Positions 30,926 through 44,441 of a stretch of DNA of 47,565 nt are shown here, one piece after another. Below the pieces are notes generated by a model. The model was not told the DNA's origin. It saw only the letters and a list, made by a program, of their open reading frames with translations, and did not search any database. Each line of letters starts with the position of its first letter. Positions within the stretch are counted from its first letter, which is position 1. This DNA comes from Rudaea sp. Lineage in GTDB: Bacteria; Pseudomonadota; Gammaproteobacteria; Xanthomonadales; Rhodanobacteraceae. The position numbers and the translations under genes were made by a program. The stretch is from NCBI GenBank assembly GCA_035493385.1, contig DATJIL010000198.1, positions 1 through 47,565 on the forward strand, written 5' to 3'.

Positions 30926-32581
30926 ATCAAGATTCGACTTCTCCTCTTCCTGCTGACGCTGATCCCGACCGCGCCCGGTGCGCAGCCGGTGGGAGCCGAT
31001 GCGTATCTGGCGAGCCTGCGACAAGGCGTGGACAGCGGTCTGTACCGGCAGCTTGCGGTCGGCTGGATCGATGGCACGCTGACCGGACCGGATCAGCAGC
31101 AGACCTGGTTCCTCGGCAACGGGCAAAAGCCCGACGCGGATACCACGTTCGAGATCGGCGCCGCCAGCGAGATTTTCACCGGTTTGCTGCTCGCGCAGGC
31201 GGCGATCGACGGCAAGGTGCAACTGGATGCGCCACTGCGCGACCTGCTGCCGAAGGATTTTCCGTTCGCCGATCCGGCGCTCGGCGCGATCAGCTTGCGC
31301 CAGCTCGCGACGCGCCGCTCGGGCCTTCCGCCCGCACCGCCCAATTTGTTTCCGGCGGATGTTCGCGACACCTATGCCGGTTTCGACCAGACGGCGTTGT
31401 TGACCTTGCTGGCCAATTACAAACTCGCGCCCGGCGCCGCACCCGACTATTCCATCCTCGACGTTGGCCTGCTCGGCGATTTGCTCGGACGCGCCTACGG
31501 CCAGCGCTTCAGCGTCGTGCTGGTGTCGCGCATTCTCGATCCGCTCGGCATGTCGCACACGGGCTTCGGCGATGGCACTCAACTGCTGCCTGGCTACGGT
31601 CACGGCCAAAGCGTGCCGCACTGGCATTTCGGCGCACTCGCCGGTGCGGCCGGCCTGCGCTCCTCGCTGAGCGACCTGCTGCGCTTCGTGCAAGCCAACC
31701 TGATGCCGCAGCAATCGCCCCTGCGCGCGGCTTTGCTGCTGTCGCGCCAGCCGCAGGGCGACTCGGAACAAAGCGTCGGCCTGGGCTGGAACACTGTGCA
31801 AGTATCCGACGGCGATCAGACCTGGCCCCTGATCTGGCGCGCGAGCCGCACGGCGGGGTTTTCGGTTTTCCTCGGCTTGCGCACCGACCGGCAACAAGCG
31901 CTGGTACTGCTCGGCAATACGGATGCGGACCTGGCTCCGATCGGCATCGCCTGGCTCGATGGACGTATGCCACCGGCGTCGCTGCCGCCGTCGCCGGCAC
32001 CGCCAACGCCTGCGGAATTGACCGCCTATCCCGGGTTGTATCGCATCGCCGCCGGCAACGATTTCGTCGTCCGTGCCGGCGCGGATGGCTTGATTGCGCA
32101 GTTTCCCGGACAATTTCCAGTCGACCTGCGCGCAGTCGGCCACGATGTTTTCGCCGCGGCGGAGGAGGCCCTCGTGCTTTCGTTCCAGCGCGAAGGCAAT
32201 GCCGTCGCAGCCATCCTGCTCGGGCATGGCGGCACGAATGTGCTTGCGCAACGCCTGAGCGGACGCGCGCCGACACTCGCGCGCAAGGCGCTCGCCGTCG
32301 ACGGAAAAAAACTTCTCGAATACAGCGGCGATTACCACCTCGATACCGACACCCTGCTGCGCATTGCCGCGCACGACGGCACGCTGAGCGTACAGCCGAC
32401 CGGGCGCGCACCGCTTGCGCTGATCGCGTTCGCGCCGGATCGCTTTGCCGATGCGCACGGCGCCTGCGAAATCCATTTCCTGCGCAACGACAAGCACGAG
32501 GTCACGTCGCTGAAGATCGTGCTCGCCGGCGCCGAGCGCAGCGCCGAACGCATCGATTGGCGCACGCCGTCGCTGCGCTAG
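30926..32581 (+). CDS. Beta-lactamase/serine-hydrolase-fold protein with degenerate active site (start uncertain)
   Basis: Fold motifs [30 protein letters not shown]. The frame is open from 30905 and encodes a signal-like [12 protein letters not shown], but there is no in-frame ATG before the GTG at 30989. Confidence 0.8.
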   Translation: MKIRLLLFLLTLIPTAPGAQPVGADAYLASLRQGVDSGLYRQLAVGWIDGTLTGPDQQQTWFLGNGQKPDADTTFEIGAASEIFTGLLLAQAAIDGKVQLDAPLRDLLPKDFPFADPALGAISLRQLATRRSGLPPAPPNLFPADVRDTYAGFDQTALLTLLANYKLAPGAAPDYSILDVGLLGDLLGRAYGQRFSVVLVSRILDPLGMSHTGFGDGTQLLPGYGHGQSVPHWHFGALAGAAGLRSSLSDLLRFVQANLMPQQSPLRAALLLSRQPQGDSEQSVGLGWNTVQVSDGDQTWPLIWRASRTAGFSVFLGLRTDRQQALVLLGNTDADLAPIGIAWLDGRMPPASLPPSPAPPTPAELTAYPGLYRIAAGNDFVVRAGADGLIAQFPGQFPVDLRAVGHDVFAAAEEALVLSFQREGNAVAAILLGHGGTNVLAQRLSGRAPTLARKALAVDGKKLLEYSGDYHLDTDTLLRIAAHDGTLSVQPTGRAPLALIAFAPDRFADAHGACEIHFLRNDKHEVTSLKIVLAGAERSAERIDWRTPSLR

Positions 32582-32613
32582 CGCGGCATGGCGCGCTTGC
32601 GTATCCTGCTGCC

Positions 32614-33360
32614 ATGACCGCGCTCAGCGTCAACGTCAACAAGATCGCCGTGCTGCGCAACTCGCGCGGCGGCGACCTGCCCGACGTGAGCCAGGCGGCG
32701 CGCGCCTGCATCGCCGCCGGCTGCCGGGGCATCACCGTGCATCCGCGTCCGGATCGGCGCCACATCCGCGCGGACGACGTACGCGCGCTCGCCGCGCTAT
32801 GCACAGGCGGCATCGAATTCAACATCGAAGGCAACGGATTCGCGCCGCCGCGCGAGGGTTATCCCGGCCTGCTCGCCCTGGTGCGCGAAACACGTCCGGC
32901 GCAATGCACGCTGGTTCCCGACGGCGACGCGCAGCTTACCTCAGACCACGGCTTCGACTTGTGCGTGGACGCCATGCGCCTGCGCCCGCTCATCACGGAA
33001 CTGAAATCCTGCGGCGCCCGCGTGAGCCTGTTCATGGACGCCGGCTGTCCCGACATCGCGCGCGCCGCGGAATTCGGCGCGGATCGCGTGGAACTATATA
33101 CAGGCCCGTATGCGGCCGCGTTCGGCGCGGGCAACTACGCGCGTGAACTGGATGCCTGCGTCGCCTCTGCCGAAGCGGCGCGCGCCGCCGGCCTGGGCGT
33201 GAACGCGGGCCACGACCTGGACCAGGCCAATCTTCCCACGCTCAAGGCCGCGATCCCGTATCTGGCCGAAGTTTCGATCGGCCATGCACTGATCGGTGAG
33301 GCGTTGTACGCCGGACTCGCTCCCACGATTCGCGCGTATCTGAAGATTCTCGCCGCCTGA
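32614..33360 (+). CDS. pdxJ: Pyridoxine 5'-phosphate synthase
   Basis: [49 protein letters not shown]. Confidence 0.96.
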   Translation: MTALSVNVNKIAVLRNSRGGDLPDVSQAARACIAAGCRGITVHPRPDRRHIRADDVRALAALCTGGIEFNIEGNGFAPPREGYPGLLALVRETRPAQCTLVPDGDAQLTSDHGFDLCVDAMRLRPLITELKSCGARVSLFMDAGCPDIARAAEFGADRVELYTGPYAAAFGAGNYARELDACVASAEAARAAGLGVNAGHDLDQANLPTLKAAIPYLAEVSIGHALIGEALYAGLAPTIRAYLKILAA

Positions 33361-33370
33361 GCGCGCCGTG

Positions 33371-33399
33371 AAAACGCAAACGCCGCGTTTCCGCGGCGT
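33371..33399 (-). terminator. Terminator between convergent pdxJ and exbD
   Basis: Stem ACGCCGCG/CGCGGCGT with 4-nt loop; TTGCGTTTT follows on the minus strand. Confidence 0.6.
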
Positions 33400-33421
33400 C
33401 TGGCAGCGCGTTGCGGTTCGT

Positions 33422-33841
33422 TTACTGATCGCTGGCCGGCGACACGAAACCGATCTTGATCATGCCAGCGTTCTTGGCATCAGCCATCACCGAGGCAACG
33501 AGTTGGTACTTCGTCGTGCGGTCGGGCTTGATGTCAAGCTCGGGCTGCGGATCCTTCTGTGCGGTCACGCGCAACTGCGCGCGCAGCGCGTCTTCGCTGA
33601 TCGGCTCGTCGTTCCAGAACAGCTGGCCGTTCGCCTGCACCTGGAGTTTGATCGGTTCGGGCGGCGGCGGTGGCGGCACGGCCGGCGGCGGTGACGGCTG
33701 CGGCAGGTCGATCTGGATCTTGTGCGAGAGCAGCGGCATCGTGATCATGAAGATGATGAGCAGCACGAGCATGACGTCGACCAGCGGCGTCACGTTGATG
33801 TCCGCCATCGGTCCGCTGCCGCCGCCTGTGGTGAATGCCAT
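33422..33841 (-). CDS. exbD: Biopolymer transport protein ExbD (second copy)
   Basis: INVTPLVDVMLVLLIIFMIT motif; Pro-rich linker. Confidence 0.93.
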   Translation of the reverse strand: MAFTTGGGSGPMADINVTPLVDVMLVLLIIFMITMPLLSHKIQIDLPQPSPPPAVPPPPPPEPIKLQVQANGQLFWNDEPISEDALRAQLRVTAQKDPQPELDIKPDRTTKYQLVASVMADAKNAGMIKIGFVSPASDQ

Positions 33842-33891
33842 GTTGCGTTACCTCGATGCAAAAGCGCGCGCCGCCCGCGGGCGGCGGCGTG

Positions 33892-34320
33892 TCATTGCGA
33901 CTTGGCGCTGTGCGCCTGGGTGATGAAGCCGAGCTTGACCATGCCCGCAGACTTGGCATCGCCCATCACGGTTGAGATGAGCGAGTACTCGGTATCCTTG
34001 TCGGCGCGGATCTGCAGCTCCGGTTGCGGCTGGCGCTGCGCAGCGACGCGCAGTTTCGCGACCATGCTGGCCTCGGTTACCGGCTCGTCGTCCCAGAACA
34101 GATCGCCGGTGTCCTTCACTGCAAGCGTGATCGGATGGCTCGCGCCCTCGTCGGGCGGATTATCCAGGCTCGCGACCGGCAGTTCGACCTTGATCCTGTG
34201 CGAGGCCAGCGGCGCGGTGATCATGAAGATGATCAAGAGCACCAACATCACGTCGACGAGCGGCGTGACGTTGATTTCCGCCATTACGCCGCCTTCGCTG
34301 CCGCCTGCGCTGAACGCCAT
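33892..34320 (-). CDS. exbD: Biopolymer transport protein ExbD (first copy)
   Basis: EINVTPLVDVMLVLLIIFMITAP; IRAD...Y. Confidence 0.93.
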   Translation of the reverse strand: MAFSAGGSEGGVMAEINVTPLVDVMLVLLIIFMITAPLASHRIKVELPVASLDNPPDEGASHPITLAVKDTGDLFWDDEPVTEASMVAKLRVAAQRQPQPELQIRADKDTEYSLISTVMGDAKSAGMVKLGFITQAHSAKSQ

Positions 34321-34323
34321 GAC

Positions 34324-35169
34324 TTACTTCCTCGGCGTGGCCGGGGCGGACTTGCCCATCACCGGCGCGGCGCCGGCTTCCACGCGCGCGCCGGTCGCGA
34401 AGAAGTCGTGCAGGTCGTGCGCGAATTCGTCGAATTGGGCGTTGGTCACGCGATTGGCGCGGGTCAAGGCGTTGTAGGCGAGCACGGCCGGAATGGCGAC
34501 GCCCAGACCGATGGCGGTCATGATCAGCGCTTCGCCGACCGGACCGGCCACGGTTTCGATGCCGGCGTTGCCCGACGCACCGATGTTGATCAGGGCGTGA
34601 TAGATGCCCCACACCGTGCCGAGCAGACCGACGAATGGCGCGGTCGAGCCGGTCGTGGCGAGCCAGGTAAGGCCGCCTTCCAGGCGCGCGCTCTCGCGGG
34701 TGACGCCCTGGCGCAAGGCGCGGTCGATAAACTCGGAACGGTTCAGCGCTTCAACCAGGCGGCTGCCTTCGTGGCGCTGATGGTGCGCGGCGGCAGAAGC
34801 GCATTCCAGCGCGATCTTGGAGAACGGTTCCCACTTGGGCTGTTCTTCCATCGTGCGCACGGCTTCCTGGGCGGATGTCGTATCCCAGAACACGTGACGC
34901 ACGCGGTCGGCGCGCGAACGAATCGCAAACACGCGCCAGCCGTTGATCACGATAAACAGCCAGGAGCCGATCGACATCACGATCAACACGATCAGCGTGA
35001 TCCAGCTGAGCCAGTCGAAGTGATGGACCAGATCCGCAAAGCCCATGTGGGTCAATGCGGCAGCATCGCCGTGGCCGGCAATCGGCGCGCCCGCGGGGGC
35101 TGCCGTTACCGCCGCGGCCGCATCGGCCGGCGGAGCTGCGGATTGAGTGGAACCTGCATCTTGTAACAT
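34324..35169 (-). CDS. exbB: Biopolymer transport protein ExbB
   Basis: TAPFVGLLGTVWGI, VAGPVGEALIMTAIGL, AIPAVLAYN. Confidence 0.93.
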   Translation of the reverse strand: MLQDAGSTQSAAPPADAAAAVTAAPAGAPIAGHGDAAALTHMGFADLVHHFDWLSWITLIVLIVMSIGSWLFIVINGWRVFAIRSRADRVRHVFWDTTSAQEAVRTMEEQPKWEPFSKIALECASAAAHHQRHEGSRLVEALNRSEFIDRALRQGVTRESARLEGGLTWLATTGSTAPFVGLLGTVWGIYHALINIGASGNAGIETVAGPVGEALIMTAIGLGVAIPAVLAYNALTRANRVTNAQFDEFAHDLHDFFATGARVEAGAAPVMGKSAPATPRK

Positions 35170-35235
35170 GACGTTACCCTTGAAGTGAGAGGCCTATGGT
35201 GTCACCAGTTGCGGTCGGGCGCTACCCGCCGCCAA

Positions 35236-35889
<654 letters not shown>

Positions 35890-36061
35890 CGTGTAAGCCA
35901 GTTTGTGTCGGTCGTTCCCCGCATTCGGTCGCCGAAGCTGCCGTGATGCGGGCGTTATCGTTGCGCGGGAGCCGGTTAAATTACACCAGCCTCCCGTAAT
36001 TGTATAGATACTCTAAACGAAAATCGCGTCGTGCGTCGCGTCTTGCAATCGGCGCAGCTTT

Positions 36062-37348
36062 CTATTTCGCTTTTCCTAGTTTCGCCAATTGGGCCTTCGC
36101 TTCATCGCGTGTTTCGGCTTCCTGTGCGGCCTTGGTGAACGCGGCCTTGGCTGCCGCCCTGTCCTTGTTGCCGAGATTGAGTTTGCCGAGCAACAGGTAG
36201 GCCTTGCCCGGGTGCGTCACGCCGCGCGCGATGCCCTTTTGCAGCACGTCGCGCGCCTGCACCCACTCCGTTTGCGAACCAAGGATTTCGGCACGCATGT
36301 AATCCAGATCGCCGTTGGCGGCCAACGGCGACGCCTTGCCATAAGCAGCCAAGGCCTGATCTTCCTTCTGCGCGACCATGTACGAGTCGCCGAGCAATTT
36401 GTAATTCTCCGCGCTCGCCTTGACCACGCCCTTGTCGAAACCCTGCTGCAGAAGCTGCGCGCCCTTCAGCGCGATCTCGGGTTTCGCGTCGTTCTGCGCG
36501 ATGCTGGCATAGAACCTGACCGCGGAGACGTAATCCTCTTCGGCCGTGATCAGGCCCTGTTTCTGCTCGCGGTCCAGCAGGGCTACGGCTTTGTCGGACT
36601 GGTTCGCCTGGATGTAGATGACGAGCGCGTTGTGGATCAGCGATTTGTTGTTCGGATCCTTGGCCAACTGGTCGTCGAGGAAGCCGGAAGCCTGTCCAGA
36701 CTGGCCGCTTTCGGCGTAACTGGCCATCAGGATGCTGTTCCAAGAATCCTTCGGCTTGTCGGTCATGGCGATCGCCTTCTTCATGGCGGCGATGGCTTCC
36801 GGATATTTCTGCAGGCGATAGTCCGCGTTGCCTTCGAGCGCGTAGGCGTCGGCGGTATCGCGCTTGCCCTGCTCGCGCCAGATCTTCAACTCGTCCAATG
36901 CGGCCTGGTACTGGCCATCGACGAGATACGCCTGGACCATGTTGTACATCGAATCGAAATAGGTGTCGTTGGGAACCGAGTCCAGATCCAGCAATTGCTT
37001 GTATGCGGCGATCGCGCCCTTGTAATCCTGATTGTTGAACTTGAGGTTCGCCAGCACCTGCAAGGCGACGCCCTTGGCGTACTTGCTGCGGCTGGAGTCG
37101 ATGACCTTCTGCGCTTCGGCTTGCGCCTTCGCCTCGTCTCCGCCATTGACCGCGTCGATCGCCGACTGCAGCGCTTTCTGGTCCGACTGGCTGGACAAAT
37201 CCGATTTCGGCGAGTGCCGGGTTGCATTCGGATAGTGGGTTTCATCCTTGTTGTCCTTGGCCACAGCGGCAACGCTGGCCGCGCCCACCGCGAACGCCAG
37301 CAGAACGCTCAATGCGGCGCGGATGAATTGCTTCGGATTGTTGTTCAC
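36062..37348 (-). CDS. Exported tetratricopeptide-repeat protein
   Basis: Signal peptide, repeated helical TPR-like units; GTG start with AGGAG RBS. Confidence 0.85.
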   Translation of the reverse strand: MNNNPKQFIRAALSVLLAFAVGAASVAAVAKDNKDETHYPNATRHSPKSDLSSQSDQKALQSAIDAVNGGDEAKAQAEAQKVIDSSRSKYAKGVALQVLANLKFNNQDYKGAIAAYKQLLDLDSVPNDTYFDSMYNMVQAYLVDGQYQAALDELKIWREQGKRDTADAYALEGNADYRLQKYPEAIAAMKKAIAMTDKPKDSWNSILMASYAESGQSGQASGFLDDQLAKDPNNKSLIHNALVIYIQANQSDKAVALLDREQKQGLITAEEDYVSAVRFYASIAQNDAKPEIALKGAQLLQQGFDKGVVKASAENYKLLGDSYMVAQKEDQALAAYGKASPLAANGDLDYMRAEILGSQTEWVQARDVLQKGIARGVTHPGKAYLLLGKLNLGNKDRAAAKAAFTKAAQEAETRDEAKAQLAKLGKAK

Positions 37349-37464
37349 CACCCTTCTCCTTACGATCGCTGACACACGCAGTTTAACGCGCGCCGGGGAA
37401 AACCGAGGTTAACCGCTGCGCGCATTCCGCTCAAGGTTTCGTCGCCGTTTATACGCCCAGACCG

Positions 37465-41011
<3,547 letters not shown>

Positions 41012-41043
41012 GGGTAGCGCTGCGTCCTGACGCTAGCGAGAGG

Positions 41044-42144
41044 TCACAGACGCAGCGGCATGATCACATGCCGGGATTGTTCGCTGCCAGGGATGCGCAG
41101 CAGGCAGCTTGAATTGGCGTCGCGCAGGCACAGCAGGACTTCTTCGCCCTGCAGGGCGTTGAGCGCGTCCAGCAGATAATTCACGTTGAAGCCGACGCTC
41201 AGTTCGTTCACGCCCGTGCGCGCCTCGAGCTCCTCGACCGCTTCTTCCTGCTCGGGATTATGCGCGACGATGCGCAGCTTGTTCTGGCTGACGTCGAGCT
41301 TTACGCCGCGATATTTCTCGTTCGAGAGGATCGCCGCGCGCTGCAGCGCGCCGCGCAGCGCTTCGCGACCGATATGCACCTCTTTGTCGGCGCCAATTGG
41401 AATGACGGCCTCGTAATCCGGGAAGCGGCCATCGATGAGTTTGGACGTGAACACCACGTCGTTGTGGCGCACGCGCAAATGGTTGCGGCCGAACTGCAAT
41501 TCCACGTCGCCTTCGCCGGCCTCGAACATGCCTTGCAGTTCCACCACGCCCTTGCGCGGAATGATGATCTGGCGCTGCGCGGACTTGCCGCCGTCGAGTT
41601 CGGTTTCGGCCAGAGCCAGCCGGTGTCCGTCCGTCGCGACGCAGCGCAGCGACTTGTCGCGCAGGTCCAGCAGCATGCCGTTGAGGTAATAGCGCACGTC
41701 CTGGTTCGCCATCGCGAACGCGGTGCGGTCCATCAGTTCCTTGAGGGTGTTCTTCGGCAAGGTGATCTTCTCGATCACCTCGATGTTTTCGATAACCGGG
41801 AATTCGGTCGCGGCCAGCGTTGCCAGAGTAAATCGACTGCGCCCGGAACTGACCGTCACGCGGTCGTTGGCCAGCTTGAACTGGATATTGCTGCCGTCCG
41901 GCAGGGCGCGGCAGATATCGAAGAGCTTGCGCGCCGGAATCGTCACTTCACCGGCATCCGCATCGACCGCATCGACGCTCGCCGACATTTCCACCTCAAG
42001 GTCGGTGCCCGTGAAACTCACTTTCCCCGAACCCGAGACGACCAGCAGATTCGACAGGACTGGAAGCGTCTGTCGGCGTTCCACCACGCCGATGACTTGT
42101 TGCAGGGGCTTGAGCAAGACTTCGCGCTGGATACTGAAGTGCAT
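41044..42144 (-). CDS. dnaN: DNA polymerase III beta clamp
   Basis: VERRQTLPVLSN, GTDLEVE, QDVRYYLNG, ATDGHRL, GRFPDY, VIMPLRL; 366 aa. Confidence 0.98.
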   Translation of the reverse strand: MHFSIQREVLLKPLQQVIGVVERRQTLPVLSNLLVVSGSGKVSFTGTDLEVEMSASVDAVDADAGEVTIPARKLFDICRALPDGSNIQFKLANDRVTVSSGRSRFTLATLAATEFPVIENIEVIEKITLPKNTLKELMDRTAFAMANQDVRYYLNGMLLDLRDKSLRCVATDGHRLALAETELDGGKSAQRQIIIPRKGVVELQGMFEAGEGDVELQFGRNHLRVRHNDVVFTSKLIDGRFPDYEAVIPIGADKEVHIGREALRGALQRAAILSNEKYRGVKLDVSQNKLRIVAHNPEQEEAVEELEARTGVNELSVGFNVNYLLDALNALQGEEVLLCLRDANSSCLLRIPGSEQSRHVIMPLRL

Positions 42145-42352
42145 GGTGGCTGCTTCCGTGATTTCGTTTGATATATGGAAAGAGCTGTTGTTGGGGCTGT
42201 GGATTCGTGGACTACTTTATTTATAATTATTTATCAATAACTTGCAATAAGAAATCCCAACGTAGACCTGTGGGTGATTTCCCTCGCTTTTGTGGATAAC
42301 TAACCCCGGCGCATTGTTGCACAACTTATCCACAAACGCTGCACCGCCAGGC
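42145..42352. other. Chromosomal replication origin oriC
   Basis: Perfect DnaA boxes TGTGGATAA (42291-42299) and TTATCCACA (42326-42334); degenerate boxes at 42198-42214 and 42269-42277; IHF consensus TATCAAtaacTTG (42232-42244); AT-rich tract 42211-42255. Confidence 0.9.
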
Positions 42353-43669
42353 TCAGCCCGTCAGTTCGCGCAGCAGTTTTTCCCAATCCTGGCGCAGTTT
42401 GCCATCCTTCTGCGAAAGGTCCCTGATGGTGCGGCAGGCATGCAGCACGGTCGTGTGATCGCGGCCGCCAAACGCCTTGCCGATTTCCGGCAGGCTGTGC
42501 TCAGTGAGTTCCTTGGCCAGTGCCATTGCCAATTGCCGCGGCCGCGCCAACGAACGGCTGCGGCTCGTCGACAACAGGTTCGGCAGGCTGATCTGGTAGT
42601 AGTCTGCGACGGTTTTCTGGATGTTCGACAGCGTGATCGCCTGGGCATGCACGGTGAGCAGGTCGCGCAGTGCTTCCTGTGCGAATGCCTCGGTGATCGG
42701 CACGCCCTGGAAGTTCGCACGCGCCGCCAGCGTGTTGAGCGCCCCTTCCAGGTCGCGCACGTTCGAACGCATGCGCTTGGCGACCAGGAAGGCGACGGAC
42801 TCGGGGACTTCGAGTCCGCGCGCCGAGGACTTGGCCAGCAGGATCGCCGCGCGAGTCTCGAAATCCGGCGGCTCGATCGCGACCGACAAACCCCAACCTA
42901 GGCGCGATTTCAGGCGCGGCTCGAGGTTTTCCACTTCCTTCGGGTACTTGTCGCAGGTCAGGATGATCTGCTGCTTGCCCTCGAACAGGGCGTTGAAGGT
43001 GTGGAAGAACTCTTCCTGCGTGCGGTCCTTGCCGGCGAAGAACTGGATGTCGTCGATGAGCAGCGCGTCCACGTCGCGGAAGCGGCGCTTGAAGTCGTCC
43101 ATGCCCTTTTGTTGCAGCGCGCGCACCATGCCGCTGACGAATTGTTCCGAGCGCAGGTACAACACGCGCGTGGCCGGATTGTTGGCACGGATAAGATTGC
43201 CGGCCGCGTGCATCAGGTGCGTCTTACCAAGGCCGGTGCCGCCATAGAGCAGCAACGGGTTGTAGGCGCGGCCCGGATTCATCGCCACCTGCATCGCCGA
43301 AGCCTTGCCGAGCTGGTTGGACTTGCCTTCGACGAAGGTGTCGAAGGTGTAGTGCGGATCGAGGTTGTGCTCGAAATCCTCGCTGTCGATGGACAAGGAG
43401 CGGGCAGCGGATTTTTCCGGGCGCCGATTCGCGAGGGTACCGACCTCCAGGCGCAACGCCACCGGCGCGCCATGTACGTGCGCGAGCACGCGCTCGATCA
43501 GGCCCTGGAACTTCGAACGCACGAAATCCAGCGTGTAGGCGTTCGGCGCGAGCAGGCGCAAGCCCTCGCCGTCCTCGCTGGCCTGCAAGGGCATCAGATA
43601 CGTGTGCAGATCCTCGACGCTCAGTTCGCCTTCCAGGCGTTCCAGGCAGCGCCGCCACAATTTGCTCAT
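42353..43669 (-). CDS. dnaA: Chromosomal replication initiator DnaA
   Basis: Start [56 protein letters not shown]. Confidence 0.98.
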   Translation of the reverse strand: MSKLWRRCLERLEGELSVEDLHTYLMPLQASEDGEGLRLLAPNAYTLDFVRSKFQGLIERVLAHVHGAPVALRLEVGTLANRRPEKSAARSLSIDSEDFEHNLDPHYTFDTFVEGKSNQLGKASAMQVAMNPGRAYNPLLLYGGTGLGKTHLMHAAGNLIRANNPATRVLYLRSEQFVSGMVRALQQKGMDDFKRRFRDVDALLIDDIQFFAGKDRTQEEFFHTFNALFEGKQQIILTCDKYPKEVENLEPRLKSRLGWGLSVAIEPPDFETRAAILLAKSSARGLEVPESVAFLVAKRMRSNVRDLEGALNTLAARANFQGVPITEAFAQEALRDLLTVHAQAITLSNIQKTVADYYQISLPNLLSTSRSRSLARPRQLAMALAKELTEHSLPEIGKAFGGRDHTTVLHACRTIRDLSQKDGKLRQDWEKLLRELTG

Positions 43670-43755
43670 GATGGAATCGGTTACCGGTGCATCCGCCGCA
43701 GCGGGCGGACCATGGAGTCTAACCTCCGGCACCGACCACGCCAAGCACGAATGCA

Positions 43756-43785
43756 TTGACGGGAGTACACTTTTACCAATAGAAT
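43756..43785 (+). promoter_or_regulatory. Sigma70 promoter for the rpmH operon
   Basis: TTGACG-N18-TAGAAT followed by a GC-rich discriminator CCCGC. Confidence 0.7.
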
Positions 43786-43817
43786 CCCGCTCCTTTTTCC
43801 TTTTCAAGACCTGTGTC

Positions 43818-43958
43818 ATGGCCACCAAGCGCACTTTCCAACCCGGCAATCTCAAGCACGCGCGCACGCACGGTTTTCGTGCGCGCATGAAGACGCGCGG
43901 CGGCCGTGCAGTCCTCAACGCGCGCCGCGCGAAGGGCCGCAAGAAACTCATCCCGTAA
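43818..43958 (+). CDS. rpmH: 50S ribosomal protein L34
   Basis: [46 protein letters not shown]. Confidence 0.97.
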   Translation: MATKRTFQPGNLKHARTHGFRARMKTRGGRAVLNARRAKGRKKLIP

Positions 43959-43966
43959 GGATCGGC

Positions 43967-44329
43967 GTGGCGCTGCGCCATCCGCGAAGCGCCCGCCTGT
44001 TGCGTCCCGCGGATTTCGCGCGCCTGCGTGAATCCGGCCGTCGTCTGGGCTCGCAGCAGCTGAGCATCCAATACTGCGATCGCGACGAGCCCGGCGCCCG
44101 CCTGGGGATGGCGATATCGCGGCGCGTGTCCAAGCTCGCGGTCGCGCGCAACCGTATCCGCCGCCAGATCCGCGAAAGTTTCCGCCTGCATCGTGCCGAC
44201 CTGCCGGCCTGCGACATCGTCGTGATCGCACGACCATCGGCGGTGCAACAGTCCAATGCGCAACTGCGCGCCGAACTCGAATCCCTGTGGTCGCGGCTCG
44301 CCGAGCAGGCCACTGCCATTGAACGATAG
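43967..44329 (+). CDS. rnpA: Ribonuclease P protein component
   Basis: [26 protein letters not shown] (RNR motif). Confidence 0.95.
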   Translation: MALRHPRSARLLRPADFARLRESGRRLGSQQLSIQYCDRDEPGARLGMAISRRVSKLAVARNRIRRQIRESFRLHRADLPACDIVVIARPSAVQQSNAQLRAELESLWSRLAEQATAIER

Positions 44330-44441
44330 GCCCGCGCCCGGCACAATGCGCGCCTCCTGAGAGTCCGCTCTTGAGCATTGGCGTTCGCAGCGCCACCTGT
44401 CTTTTGTCACGCGCGCCTGCGCCGCCAACCGGTTTGCCTTC

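Noticed and set aside
35960..36020. Possible Fur box upstream of tonB
   Set aside because: AT-rich with a short AATTAC/GTAATT inverted repeat, but no convincing match to GATAATGATAATCATTATC.
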